From an uncultured Methanobrevibacter sp. (lineage in GTDB: Archaea; Methanobacteriota; Methanobacteria; Methanobacteriales; Methanobacteriaceae), in assembly GCF_900319985.1 (NCBI RefSeq), contig NZ_ONQL01000001.1: a stretch of 64,000 nt of DNA; one strand, given 5' to 3'. Position numbers and translations under genes: made by a program. The notes beneath the pieces were generated by a model. That model saw nothing but the letters and a program-made list of their open reading frames with translations. It was not told the DNA's origin and ran no database searches. Numbering within the stretch: position 1 is the stretch's first letter; each line of letters opens with the position of its first letter. Below are positions 39,486 to 49,483 of the stretch, piece after piece.

Positions 39486-40736
39486 TTGGCAACACGAACT
39501 ATCGGTCAAATAAATCGGAAAATTGAAAACGGTGAAGCTAATATATATACGGCAGAGGAGTTTAAAAAACTAATAAAAAATGATGATGCGCCAAGTTTTG
39601 AAGAAGTGGATGTAGTGACTTGTGGAACATGTGGAGTGATGAGTGGAACAGCAGCCATTCTTAACTTCATAGTTTCAGGCCCTGGTGAATTCATAAGGGC
39701 CAATGAAGTGTACTTAAATGGAGTTCCTGCATATGCAGGGCCTTGTCCTAATGAATGGTTGGGATCCGTGGATGTGATTCTTCACGGTACTGCACATTCA
39801 ATTTATAATCATAATTATGGCGGAGGATTCTTGTTAAAAGATTTGCTGGAAGGAAAATCTGTTGATGTAAGGGTTGAAAGTGCTGATGGCAAAACAATTG
39901 AAAATACAATAACAATTGATGACATTACTCGTGGACAGATTATAGGTGCACGTATGGCATTTAAAAATTACACTGCATTTACAAATCCAAACAGCGAAGC
40001 CATTCCATCAATTTTTGCAGCCACTCCTCTTGAAGGTAACTTATCCGGTCTGACATTTTCAGGTTGTGGCGATTTAAATCCTCTTCAAAACGATGTACCA
40101 CATAATGTAATTAAAGAAGGCAAAAGAGTTCTCATAAACGGTGCGGAAGGATATATTTTGGGTGATGGTACAAGGTCAAGTCCCGAAAAGCCAAATCTGA
40201 TGTTGACTGGTGATTTGACAAAAATGGATCCTTACTACTTGGGTGGATTTAAAACAGGTCAGGGTGGAGAAATCTATGATACTGTTGCCATTCCAATTCC
40301 AGTCTTGTCTGAAGAAATCTATAATAATTTGTTAATAACAGATGAGGACATTAATTTACCTGTTGCAGATATTAAGGGTCGTCATTTGCCGCTTGATGAA
40401 ACAAATTACAGAAAAATGTGGGAAGGAAATGACTTAAGGCCACAACATGACCGATCCAAATGTTCCAAGTGTGACAGCTGTCTGGTTGAAGAGATTTGTC
40501 CTACTAATGCATTTGCAAAGAATAATTTAAATCTGGCTCATTGTTTCGGATGTGGAATGTGTGCTAATTTCTGCAGGCATGATGCCTTCAACATGAAGAC
40601 TGGTGATGTTGATTTGACTATAAATGGTAGTGAAGTAAATATTCCGATTATCTGCAGACAGTCAGATAGGTTAAGGGGAAATAAACTGTCATTAAAATTA
40701 AAGAAAATGATTGAAGATAGGGAGTTTGAATTGTAA
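39486..40736 (+). CDS. Methanogenesis marker 16 metalloprotein (DUF39-like plus ferredoxin; ComF-like)
   Basis: VDVVTCGTCGVMSGT, GPCPNE, SGCGDLNP, GTRS, two CxxCxxC clusters, CRQSDR; TTG start. Confidence 0.85.
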   Translation: MATRTIGQINRKIENGEANIYTAEEFKKLIKNDDAPSFEEVDVVTCGTCGVMSGTAAILNFIVSGPGEFIRANEVYLNGVPAYAGPCPNEWLGSVDVILHGTAHSIYNHNYGGGFLLKDLLEGKSVDVRVESADGKTIENTITIDDITRGQIIGARMAFKNYTAFTNPNSEAIPSIFAATPLEGNLSGLTFSGCGDLNPLQNDVPHNVIKEGKRVLINGAEGYILGDGTRSSPEKPNLMLTGDLTKMDPYYLGGFKTGQGGEIYDTVAIPIPVLSEEIYNNLLITDEDINLPVADIKGRHLPLDETNYRKMWEGNDLRPQHDRSKCSKCDSCLVEEICPTNAFAKNNLNLAHCFGCGMCANFCRHDAFNMKTGDVDLTINGSEVNIPIICRQSDRLRGNKLSLKLKKMIEDREFEL

Positions 40737-40747
40737 TTGGTGATAAA

Positions 40748-41344
40748 ATGACTTCTCAACAAAAAATTACAGACTCACCAATTGATTTTGCAGAAGATAT
40801 AATTGAGGATGTTAAAAATTCAAAGGATGACGGCGTTTTAAAATGTGTGCAATGTGGAATGTGTACTTCAACATGTCCCGCTGCACGACACTCTGATTAT
40901 AATCCCCGTGATATTATAGAAAGGGTTTTGGACGGGGATGTGACAATTATGGAAGATGAAAATATTTGGAATTGCTTTTATTGCTATACCTGCCACAGCG
41001 TATGTCCTGTTGGAAACAGTGTTTGTGAAGTTAACCAAATCCTTAAACAGTTTGCAATAACTAATGGAATTGGTTACGATAAGCTTTATGAGTATATGGG
41101 CTTTGCAGATAGCTATTTCACAGCGGCAATTGGTGCAATACCTGAAATCTTCTTTGAGGATATTGACAGGGATGTTCCTGGATGGTGGGATTTCAGACAG
41201 AATCTTGATGAGATTAGGGATGAATTGGAATTGGATCCTCCGTTGATGCCTTCAAAAGAAGTAATTAATGAAGTTAGTAAAATATTAACAATAACTGGTT
41301 TTAAAGATAAAATTGATAAAATAAGAGAATCTCAGGAGGAATAA
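40748..41344 (+). CDS. hdrC: Heterodisulfide reductase subunit C-like
   Basis: CVQCGMCTSTCP; CFYCYTCHSVCP. Confidence 0.88.
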   Translation: MTSQQKITDSPIDFAEDIIEDVKNSKDDGVLKCVQCGMCTSTCPAARHSDYNPRDIIERVLDGDVTIMEDENIWNCFYCYTCHSVCPVGNSVCEVNQILKQFAITNGIGYDKLYEYMGFADSYFTAAIGAIPEIFFEDIDRDVPGWWDFRQNLDEIRDELELDPPLMPSKEVINEVSKILTITGFKDKIDKIRESQEE

Positions 41345-41345
41345 T

Positions 41346-42287
41346 ATGAAGAACATTCCTGATAAAGATCTTTTACTGTTTAGAAGCTGTTTGGTAAGTG
41401 TGGAATATCCTGGAGTTGAAGCATCAACCAAGTTTGTCTTTGACAAATTAGGCATTGATTATGCAATTTCAGACAAACAAACATGCTGTACTGGACTTGG
41501 ACATTATTCTGATGTTTTCAATCAGATTGATACAACAGCCATTGGGGCAAGGAATTTCAAAGTAGCCCGTGAATTGAATAGGCCTAATCTTGTAATGATG
41601 TGCGCTACATGTTATGCCATCAACAAAAAGTCAGTTAAGCTATTGAATAAAAAGGATGACTTGAGGGAACATATAAACAAGCTGTTTGATGAAAACGGCC
41701 TGTCCCATTTGAAATATGAAAAGGATGATTTAAAGCCAACTGAAAATATTTTTCATGTGGTGGATATTCTTTACGGCAAAAAGGATAAAATCAAAGAAAA
41801 CATCAAATATGATTTAAGCGATTACACAATAGCAACCCATCACGGATGCCATTACTGTAAGGTTCACTATGAAGATACAATTGGTGGTGTAAGAGACCCG
41901 AATATTATGGATGAATTGATTGAGGAATGCGGTTGTAAGACCATTGGCTGGTATGATCATAAAAGAGCTACCTGCGGAACAGGATTCAGACAAAGATATT
42001 CCAATCCTGATTTGTCTTTTACCGCTACAGCGGATAAAATGAATGCCATTGCTGATGAGGATGTAGACATATTGGTACATTTATGTCCTAATTGCCATAT
42101 CCAATTTGACAGGTATCAGCATCTGATTTCAGAACGTGAAGGCAGGAATTTCAGGGCTATTCATTTGAATATTACACAGTTTATGGCATTGGCTATGGGA
42201 GGAGATTTTGATAAGGTAATCGGTGCAAAGGCTCACACCGTTCCAATTGATTCAGTCATTAAAGAGTTGAAGGAGGTTGAAAAATGA
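41346..42287 (+). CDS. hdrB: Heterodisulfide reductase subunit B-like (divergent second CCG domain)
   Basis: SCL..CCTG..CATC; HHGCHY..ATCG..CPNC. Confidence 0.88.
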   Translation: MKNIPDKDLLLFRSCLVSVEYPGVEASTKFVFDKLGIDYAISDKQTCCTGLGHYSDVFNQIDTTAIGARNFKVARELNRPNLVMMCATCYAINKKSVKLLNKKDDLREHINKLFDENGLSHLKYEKDDLKPTENIFHVVDILYGKKDKIKENIKYDLSDYTIATHHGCHYCKVHYEDTIGGVRDPNIMDELIEECGCKTIGWYDHKRATCGTGFRQRYSNPDLSFTATADKMNAIADEDVDILVHLCPNCHIQFDRYQHLISEREGRNFRAIHLNITQFMALAMGGDFDKVIGAKAHTVPIDSVIKELKEVEK

Positions 42288-44593
42288 GGGATGATTTAAA
42301 AGTTGGCGTTTTTTTATGTGAATGCGGTGGAAACATTGCAGATATTATAGATTTAGATGAAGTTAGAAAATCATTGGATGTTGAGTTTATCGGTCAATTT
42401 GAGAATTTATGTTCATTGAATGGACGTAAAATTATTAGGGATGCAATTTTTGACCATGATCTGGATAGGGTTGTCGTTGCAGCATGTTCACCTATAAGTC
42501 ATGAAAAAACATTCCAGGATTATGTAAAACCTTTAAATCCTTATTTGATGGACATGGCAAATATAAGGGAGCAGTGTTCATGGGTGCATGATGATAGGAA
42601 AAGGGCGACCCATAAGGCAATTACATTAATCAATGCTTCAATCGAAAAGGTCAAGCAGTCCGATGCTGTAGATCCGATTTATTGCCAAACCCCTAAGGAA
42701 GTGGCAGTAATCGGAGGAGGTATTGCTGGAATGAATGCTGCACTGTCTCTTGCAAAGCAGGGAACTAAAGTTACAATCATAGAACAGTCCCCTTCAATCG
42801 GAGGACACATGGCCAAAATAGGTAAGGTGTTCTCACCGGTTAAGATTGCTGAAGAATGTGGAATGTGTCTTCTCAATCCGATACTGAATGAACTTGTTTG
42901 GAATGAAAACATTGAAGTGCTCACTAATTCAAAGGTAATTGAGGCTGAAAGAAGGGCAGGAACCTATAATCTGATTGTAGAGCAGTCTCCAAGATATGTG
43001 GATACTGAGAAATGTATTGCCTGCGGAAAATGCGCAGAAGTGTGTGAAGTGGAAGTTCCGAATGATTGGAATGACAATCTGTCAATGAGAAAAGCAATTT
43101 ACCGGCCATTTGGACAATCTTATCCTGAAAGTTACGTTATTGATATGGATAACTGTTCTAAATGTGGTGATTGTTTTAGAACTTGTAACATGAAGGCCAT
43201 TAGACTTAAAGGAAAGCCTGAAAAAACATTGCTGCAGGTTGGTTCGATTATCGTTGCAACAGGTCATAAGCTCTTTGACATGGAAAAAAGGCCTGAATAC
43301 GGATACACAAGATATGCTGATGTGATTACACAATCTGAACTAGGACGTATCACTGGTGTAAATGGTCCTACAAAAGGAAAGCTTTTAAAATCAAATGGTG
43401 AAGTTCCGAAACGTGTTGTCATGATTCAATGTGTAGGTTCAAGGGATGAAAAGCCTGACGGACATAGATACTGTTCAAAAATATGTTGTACCGTGGCCTT
43501 GAAGAATGCCAATATCATCAAGCACAAATATCCGGACACTGACGTTTTGATATGTTACACCGATGTTAGAACTCCTGGAATGTTTGAGAAGTACTATAAG
43601 CACACTCAGGAAAATGAGGTGAGATTCTTAAGAGGCCGTCCCGGAGAAGTTGTTAAAAAAGGAGATAATTTCATTGTAAGAACCGAAGATACAATTAAAG
43701 GAGAATTTGTGGAAATTGAGGCAGATATGGTAGTGCTGTCTACTGCAATGGAACCTTCTTTAGGTACTCGTGAAATTGCTGAAATTTTAAACATAGGAAC
43801 AACTGAAGACGGATTCATCAAGGAATCACATCCAAAAATCAAGCCTGTGGCCACTGATGTGCAGGGAATTTTTGTATGCGGAACAGCACAGGATCCAAAG
43901 GACATCACAGATTCTATCATGCAGGCGACAGCTGCAGCATCAAAGGTTTCAGAGTATAATTATGGTGGTGTTGAAATCGAACCGTTCATCGCTGAAATAG
44001 ATAATGAAAAATGTACTGTCTGTGGGGACTGTATCAGCAGATGCAAATATAAGTCCATGAGTATACAGGATGATGAGATATACATTGATCCGATGAGCTG
44101 TACGGGATGCGGTAAATGTCTTGTAGGATGTAAAGAAAGGGCAATTACTGTAAACGGTAATGTCGATGAGAAAATAGTGGCCACCATAAATGGTGTATTA
44201 TCTAAAAAACGTGAAGGAGAACGCATGATTCTTGTATTTTTAGATAACATCGGTTACACTGCCGCAGATAATATTGGAGTAAACAGGTTGTCTTATCCTG
44301 AATCAATACACATTATCAAGGTCATTTCAGTAAATCGTGTAAGTCCAAGACACATCAGATATGCACTTGAAAATGGTGCAGACGGAATATTCATCGGTGA
44401 ATTCCCTGGTGATTTGATGTATGATGAAGTGGAACGTAAAATTGAAAAGGTTAAGGAATGCATTGCCGAAATGGGTCAAAATTCTGAAAGGGTTACCTTC
44501 TCAAAAGTTTATATTCCATACTTTACAGGTCTTGCCCGTAAATTGACAGACTTCGATAAGAAAATTGTGGAGTTGAATGAAGCTGAGTTGTAA
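42284..44593 (+). CDS. hdrA: Heterodisulfide reductase subunit A fused to a Cys-less MvhD-like domain
   Basis: VFLCECG, AACSP, NIREQC, IGGGIAG, QCVGSRD, YCSKICC, ferredoxin inserts; C-terminal YTAAD..G..RL.YP..NRV..ALENGADG. Confidence 0.9.
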   Translation: MRDDLKVGVFLCECGGNIADIIDLDEVRKSLDVEFIGQFENLCSLNGRKIIRDAIFDHDLDRVVVAACSPISHEKTFQDYVKPLNPYLMDMANIREQCSWVHDDRKRATHKAITLINASIEKVKQSDAVDPIYCQTPKEVAVIGGGIAGMNAALSLAKQGTKVTIIEQSPSIGGHMAKIGKVFSPVKIAEECGMCLLNPILNELVWNENIEVLTNSKVIEAERRAGTYNLIVEQSPRYVDTEKCIACGKCAEVCEVEVPNDWNDNLSMRKAIYRPFGQSYPESYVIDMDNCSKCGDCFRTCNMKAIRLKGKPEKTLLQVGSIIVATGHKLFDMEKRPEYGYTRYADVITQSELGRITGVNGPTKGKLLKSNGEVPKRVVMIQCVGSRDEKPDGHRYCSKICCTVALKNANIIKHKYPDTDVLICYTDVRTPGMFEKYYKHTQENEVRFLRGRPGEVVKKGDNFIVRTEDTIKGEFVEIEADMVVLSTAMEPSLGTREIAEILNIGTTEDGFIKESHPKIKPVATDVQGIFVCGTAQDPKDITDSIMQATAAASKVSEYNYGGVEIEPFIAEIDNEKCTVCGDCISRCKYKSMSIQDDEIYIDPMSCTGCGKCLVGCKERAITVNGNVDEKIVATINGVLSKKREGERMILVFLDNIGYTAADNIGVNRLSYPESIHIIKVISVNRVSPRHIRYALENGADGIFIGEFPGDLMYDEVERKIEKVKECIAEMGQNSERVTFSKVYIPYFTGLARKLTDFDKKIVELNEAEL

Positions 44594-44742
44594 TTTACAA
44601 CTTCAGTTTTTTTTATTTTTATTTATTTTCAAAATATAAACGATAATCTCTTTTTTTTTAATTAACAATGTAAAAATAGTCTTGAATTTTAAAAAAAGTA
44701 ATAAAGATTTTTAGAAATTAATCTAAAAATCTCATTCTTGAG

Positions 44743-45330
44743 TTATTTTGCTGCAGTAGCGTTAATACTGTCGATAATTCCGTCAATTTCTGGAGTGTAT
44801 AGGTTGGTGTCTGGATTAGTTGTCAAAATAATTAATTTATGTTCTTTTCCATCTTTGAGGAATGTAACTGACCTGAAATGGTCAACGTGGTCATCGAATG
44901 GAGCAGCAATTTCCGGTGGGAAAGTAATCCATGCAGCATCACTTCCAGGTACTTCTGTTGAAGCAGTTAAATTTTTGAGTTTAGCAGTTTTTGCAGCAAA
45001 CTCATGAAGTGTATATCCGTTCACTGTCTTGTTTGTTACATTTTCATACCCTGCACTTTTACCGTTTGACTTAACGGCTCCAAAGAATTCTTTTTCAAGT
45101 TTGTCATCTGAACTTTTTTGAGGGGTCAAGGTTATGTTGATGTCTTTGCATGATGCAGCTATCTTCTTATCATCAACGGTATAGTTACTTGGTACTTTGA
45201 CTTGTACTCCGTCGCCTACCAAGTATTTATCTCCGCCTAAAAAGTCAAACCATCCTGCACTTACAGCACCCAGACAGCTGAATACTGCTAAAGCAATTAT
45301 TGCTATGACTAATATTTTTTTAATGTCCAT
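44743..45330 (-). CDS. Exported hypothetical protein
   Basis: Signal peptide ending VSA/GWFDFLGG; GGAG RBS. Confidence 0.8.
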   Translation of the reverse strand: MDIKKILVIAIIALAVFSCLGAVSAGWFDFLGGDKYLVGDGVQVKVPSNYTVDDKKIAASCKDINITLTPQKSSDDKLEKEFFGAVKSNGKSAGYENVTNKTVNGYTLHEFAAKTAKLKNLTASTEVPGSDAAWITFPPEIAAPFDDHVDHFRSVTFLKDGKEHKLIILTTNPDTNLYTPEIDGIIDSINATAAK

Positions 45331-45649
45331 TTTAATCTCCTTTTTTTTTTAATTAAGAATTTGTTTTTCTTTTGGAAAATGGAATGTGCATTGCCTTAAC
45401 AAATTATTGTCAAAAGCGCAATTTCCACAAGAACCTACAATTCTATGATTAACTGTTTATGGCATATGCTTATATATGTTTCTAGAAAGTTTTTTATTTA
45501 ATTAAATAAAATTTATTATTTAATAAATTTCCTAAATATTGTATAATTATTTTTGAATTTGTTAATCAATTTAATTTAGAGCACAAAGCCAGGGATTTTG
45601 GGGTGGTATTGCAAATTTATATTAATGATAAGATACACACAATTTAAAC

Positions 45650-45820
45650 ATGATTACATGTAATGTATGTGGACATTTGAATGATTCATCAAGTGCGACT
45701 TGTGAAGAGTGTGGCTCTGATTTGTCAGACAGCCCCGATTGGGGAAGGGATTACGATGATGATTTGAACTTCGACCAGAGTGAAGAAATGGGTTATTGTG
45801 ATGACGGCTATTATGATTAG
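45650..45820 (+). CDS. Small Zn-ribbon protein with acidic tail (56 aa)
   Basis: Not in ORF track. MITCNVCGHLNDSSSATCEECGSDLSDSPDWGRDYDDDLNFDQSEEMGYCDDGYYD; TTTATATT about 27 nt upstream. Confidence 0.8.
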   Translation: MITCNVCGHLNDSSSATCEECGSDLSDSPDWGRDYDDDLNFDQSEEMGYCDDGYYD

Positions 45821-46084
45821 TTAGTCAATGTATTTCAGCAATTCCAATCCTAATTCGGTACATTTGTACAGTCTTCCTTTTCTTACTTCCTCGTTAATGC
45901 AAATTACTAAATTATGCTTTTTTAAGTCAGATAATGCTGCAGATACTTGACTGGTTTTGATATTGATATCATTGGCAATTTCTGACGGCATTTTCAGGTT
46001 GGTATCTATGGACTGTAGTGTTTTTGTCCTGTAAGGGGATACTTTAATGTAACCCAGAAGTTTGTACAATTCTATTTCTTCCAT
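45821..46084 (-). CDS. Small winged-helix transcriptional regulator (paralog of 35252..35512)
   Basis: SPYR, PSEIA, VS..L.DL, RKGRLY. Confidence 0.85.
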   Translation of the reverse strand: MEEIELYKLLGYIKVSPYRTKTLQSIDTNLKMPSEIANDINIKTSQVSAALSDLKKHNLVICINEEVRKGRLYKCTELGLELLKYID

Positions 46085-46214
46085 AACTATAATTCTTTAA
46101 ATTCATTAAAAAATCTTTATATATCATTTATATTTGTTTATATGTATTTAAACATACTGTATTCACAAGTTTAACGAATTTTAAGGAAAATTGTAAAAAA
46201 TAGTATATGGGAAG

Positions 46215-46757
46215 CTATTTTTCAATAGTTTCCATAAATCTGTTTTTAATTTCTATTGGTGTCAGGTCAATGATTGGTGCTTTTGAGTTTCCAGGCTCTG
46301 TATCGTAAACGATAAAGCTTGTATTGTCACTTTTTATTATCTCTTTTAAATCGATGTCTTCAAACTTAAAGCTGTTTTCAAATCCAACGCTTTTTGCAAT
46401 TTTGCATAAGTCTATGGTCTGTGCATAGGTGTCCTGGTTTCCTGTTGAACCGTATGCTCCGTTGTCTATTACAATCCAGGTTAAGTTTTTAGGGTTATTT
46501 GCAAATATTGTTACGAGTGAACCCATATTCATTAAAAGTGAACCGTCACCATCGATGACAACAACGTCCTTGTCCGGACGGGCTAACGCAAGGCCTAAAC
46601 CGATTGATGATGCGAGGCCCATTGAACCGATCATATAGAAATTTTCGTTTCTGTCTTTTATGTCATACAGTTCTCTTGAGGGGAATCCTATGTTGCAGAC
46701 TACAAGTTCATCTTCAATATATCTCATTATGTCTCTAATAGCTTCTCTTCTTGCCAT
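46215..46757 (-). CDS. comE: Sulfopyruvate decarboxylase subunit beta
   Basis: NIGFPSREL, FYMIGSMG, TPP motif GDGSLLM..DN. Confidence 0.93.
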   Translation of the reverse strand: MARREAIRDIMRYIEDELVVCNIGFPSRELYDIKDRNENFYMIGSMGLASSIGLGLALARPDKDVVVIDGDGSLLMNMGSLVTIFANNPKNLTWIVIDNGAYGSTGNQDTYAQTIDLCKIAKSVGFENSFKFEDIDLKEIIKSDNTSFIVYDTEPGNSKAPIIDLTPIEIKNRFMETIEK

Positions 46758-46761
46758 GATA

Positions 46762-47253
46762 TCACCAATAACTGATTTCTAAAAGTATTGAAACGGGTTT
46801 TCCCTCTTCTTGTGATAAGTCCCATGAGTCAATAATGTCTTCATAGGCAGCTTCGGGATTTCCAGGTTTGAAGAATCTGAAATCCATTGATTCTAATATT
46901 CTAGGTGTTGACTTGCCCATTGGAACTTGTCCACAGATATTTTCTCCTTCAGTTCCTCTATGGCTCATAATCATGAGTAATGGAAATTTGTATAATTCCA
47001 TTAGGGATTTAAGAGCATTTATGGAGTTTCCAAGTCCTGAATTTTGCATCAATATTGCAGTTTTTTTACCTCCAAGGTAAGCTCCAGCACATATTCCAAT
47101 TCCTTCCTCTTCACGAGTAACGGGTATGTGGGTAATTTCCTCATCCTCATCAAGCATATCCAATAGTTTTGATAAGTTAACGCAGGGAACGCTCACGACA
47201 AAGTCGATTCCAGCATCTTTAAGCCCATCAAAAATAGCTTCACTACTGTCCAT
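46762..47253 (-). CDS. comD: Sulfopyruvate decarboxylase subunit alpha
   Basis: [31 protein letters not shown]. Confidence 0.93.
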   Translation of the reverse strand: MDSSEAIFDGLKDAGIDFVVSVPCVNLSKLLDMLDEDEEITHIPVTREEEGIGICAGAYLGGKKTAILMQNSGLGNSINALKSLMELYKFPLLMIMSHRGTEGENICGQVPMGKSTPRILESMDFRFFKPGNPEAAYEDIIDSWDLSQEEGKPVSILLEISYW

Positions 47254-47456
47254 AATATCACATCTATTTAATAATATTATCACTTTATAATTCATCATTT
47301 AAATAGCTATTTTATTTGTTAATTCATTAATTTTTCATTGTTTTCATTTTTTTATTTATTAAAATTGATATTTATCAATTAAAATAATGTAAATTTTCAT
47401 ACATTTGATTTAATTAATAGAAAGGTATTTATTTAATTTAAGAATAATATAATATC

Positions 47457-48608
47457 ATGTTTGATAAACTACCAATTTCTTCTAAAACAGAAAAGATTCT
47501 GACAAAATCTTTGGATGAGGCAATTTCTGTTGAGGAGGCAAACCATTTAATGAATATTAAAGGGCCAGATTTGTATCCTTTACTTGCAACTGCTGATTAT
47601 TTAAGACAAAAAATCGTTGGCAACAACGTAACATTCATTAATAATTGTAATATTAATTTTACTAATATCTGCACTGTCCGATGTGGATTCTGTGCATTCG
47701 GAAAGGATGCTGATGATCCTGAAGCCTACATAATGAATGATGAGCAGATATTGTCCAAGGCTGAAGATGCCGTTCAAAAGGGCGCTCATGAATTCTGCGT
47801 TATGGGTGGCGTACTTCCCGATGCAGACATTGAATATTATGAACATCTGCTGCATTTATTAAAAGATGAATATCCTGATGTAATGATTCACGGATTTTCA
47901 CCAACCATGATAAATGATGCATGTATTGTTTCAGGAATGGACGTTGCCGAAGGGTGTGAAAGGCTTAAGGATGCAGGTCTTGACACATTGCCTGGAACTG
48001 CTGCTGAAATATTGACAGACCGCTCAAGAGATTTGATTTGTCCTGAAAAGGTCAGCGTTTCTGAATGGATAGATATTGTTAAAACAGCCCATGAGGTTGG
48101 AATTCCAGGTTCTGCAACTATCATGTATGGGCATGTTGAAACTTTAGGGGAAAGGGTAGAACATATTGACATTATTCGTCAGCTTCAAGAGGACACCCAT
48201 GGATTTACAGAATTTATTCCAATGACATTTATGCATGAGTATTCTCCAATTTTTTTGGAAGGCCAATCAAATCTTGGAGCTACTGGCACTGAAGATTTAA
48301 AGCTATATGCCGTTTCAAGATTAATGCTTAGGGATGTAATTCCAAATATACAGGTATCTTGGGTTAAGATGGGATTCAGATTTGCACAAGTTTCACTTAC
48401 TGCAGGCGCAAATGATTTGGGTGGAACTTTAGGGGGAGACGAATTGTCAGAAGCTTCAGGCGCTCCTGATGGAGTTGATGCTTCCATAGACACTTTAAGC
48501 AATATGGTTAGAAATCTTGGTAGAAACCCTATTGGAAGAAATTCCAAATACACAGAATTTTATCCGCTTGACGAAAAAAAGGTATTTGCTTCAAAAATAA
48601 TGGATTAG
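47457..48608 (+). CDS. cofH: F420/FO synthase subunit CofH
   Basis: NINFTNICTVRCGFCAF radical-SAM motif, PGTAAEIL, TIMYGHVE, NIQVSWVK, GANDLGGT. Confidence 0.92.
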   Translation: MFDKLPISSKTEKILTKSLDEAISVEEANHLMNIKGPDLYPLLATADYLRQKIVGNNVTFINNCNINFTNICTVRCGFCAFGKDADDPEAYIMNDEQILSKAEDAVQKGAHEFCVMGGVLPDADIEYYEHLLHLLKDEYPDVMIHGFSPTMINDACIVSGMDVAEGCERLKDAGLDTLPGTAAEILTDRSRDLICPEKVSVSEWIDIVKTAHEVGIPGSATIMYGHVETLGERVEHIDIIRQLQEDTHGFTEFIPMTFMHEYSPIFLEGQSNLGATGTEDLKLYAVSRLMLRDVIPNIQVSWVKMGFRFAQVSLTAGANDLGGTLGGDELSEASGAPDGVDASIDTLSNMVRNLGRNPIGRNSKYTEFYPLDEKKVFASKIMD

Positions 48609-48615
48609 GTGAATT

Positions 48616-49191
48616 ATGAAAAAGTTTATTGTCATTGATGGGCTTGATGGATGCGGCAAAGACACTCAGGTAAATTTGCTTGCTGAAGTTTACAGAAATC
48701 AGGGTAGAGATGTAACCATCAGATCCCATCCCTGTAATGACAATAAATATGGTAGGAAATCAAAACAGGCTCTTTTAAAAACAGGTAAAATAAATCACTT
48801 AAAGGCTACAATCTATTTTGGCTTGGATGCAGTCAGATCAGTCCACATGTTTTATTATAACAAGGACACTGATGTTTTAATTTTTTCGAGATACACTATG
48901 GCAGTTGCTTATCTTCCAAATGTGGTAAATGTAATTATTTATAAAATCGTTTCTGTTTTACTCCCAAAATCAGATTGCATGTTCTTTTTAGATGTAACTC
49001 CAGAAGAATCATTAAGACGCATCAAGGCCCGTAATGAAGAGGAAGAGATGTTTGAAAACATTGATGCTTTAAGAAAGGCACGTTCCAAAACAAGTAAGGT
49101 TACATATGAATGGAATGTAATTCCAGCTGATGATTCTGCAGAAATCGTCAGCAGTAAAATTGTCGCCAAATGCCTTGAATCAGATAGATAA
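48616..49191 (+). CDS. tmk: Thymidylate kinase-like protein
   Basis: FIVIDGLDGCGKDTQ P-loop; SRY in place of DRY; FFLDV.PE.SL.R. Confidence 0.75.
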   Translation: MKKFIVIDGLDGCGKDTQVNLLAEVYRNQGRDVTIRSHPCNDNKYGRKSKQALLKTGKINHLKATIYFGLDAVRSVHMFYYNKDTDVLIFSRYTMAVAYLPNVVNVIIYKIVSVLLPKSDCMFFLDVTPEESLRRIKARNEEEEMFENIDALRKARSKTSKVTYEWNVIPADDSAEIVSSKIVAKCLESDR

Positions 49192-49198
49192 CTCTTTT

Positions 49199-49483
49199 TT
49201 ATAGTACTTCTTTTATTCCTTCATCGGTTATTATCATCAATGAGTTAAGATTATCCAAAAAAAGTGAGACAATTGGATGGGTCTGAATATCCTTGTGCAT
49301 AAAGATTATCTCTTTGTCGACTAGGTCAATCCAATTTACATGATAGACGACAACGCCATTGACAATTACTCCCAAAAACTGGGGAATGAACCTGTTTTCA
49401 TTAACTTCATCAAAATACTGATTTTTTCTTAGAATGTCTCTCAATACATTATCCATCTTAAACACCTTTTCTTTCGTATACAA
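49199..49483 (-). CDS. Hypothetical protein downstream of priS
   Basis: ORF; probable ATG near 49456 right after the priS stop, with AGGTG upstream. Confidence 0.65.
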   Translation of the reverse strand: MYTKEKVFKMDNVLRDILRKNQYFDEVNENRFIPQFLGVIVNGVVVYHVNWIDLVDKEIIFMHKDIQTHPIVSLFLDNLNSLMIITDEGIKEVL

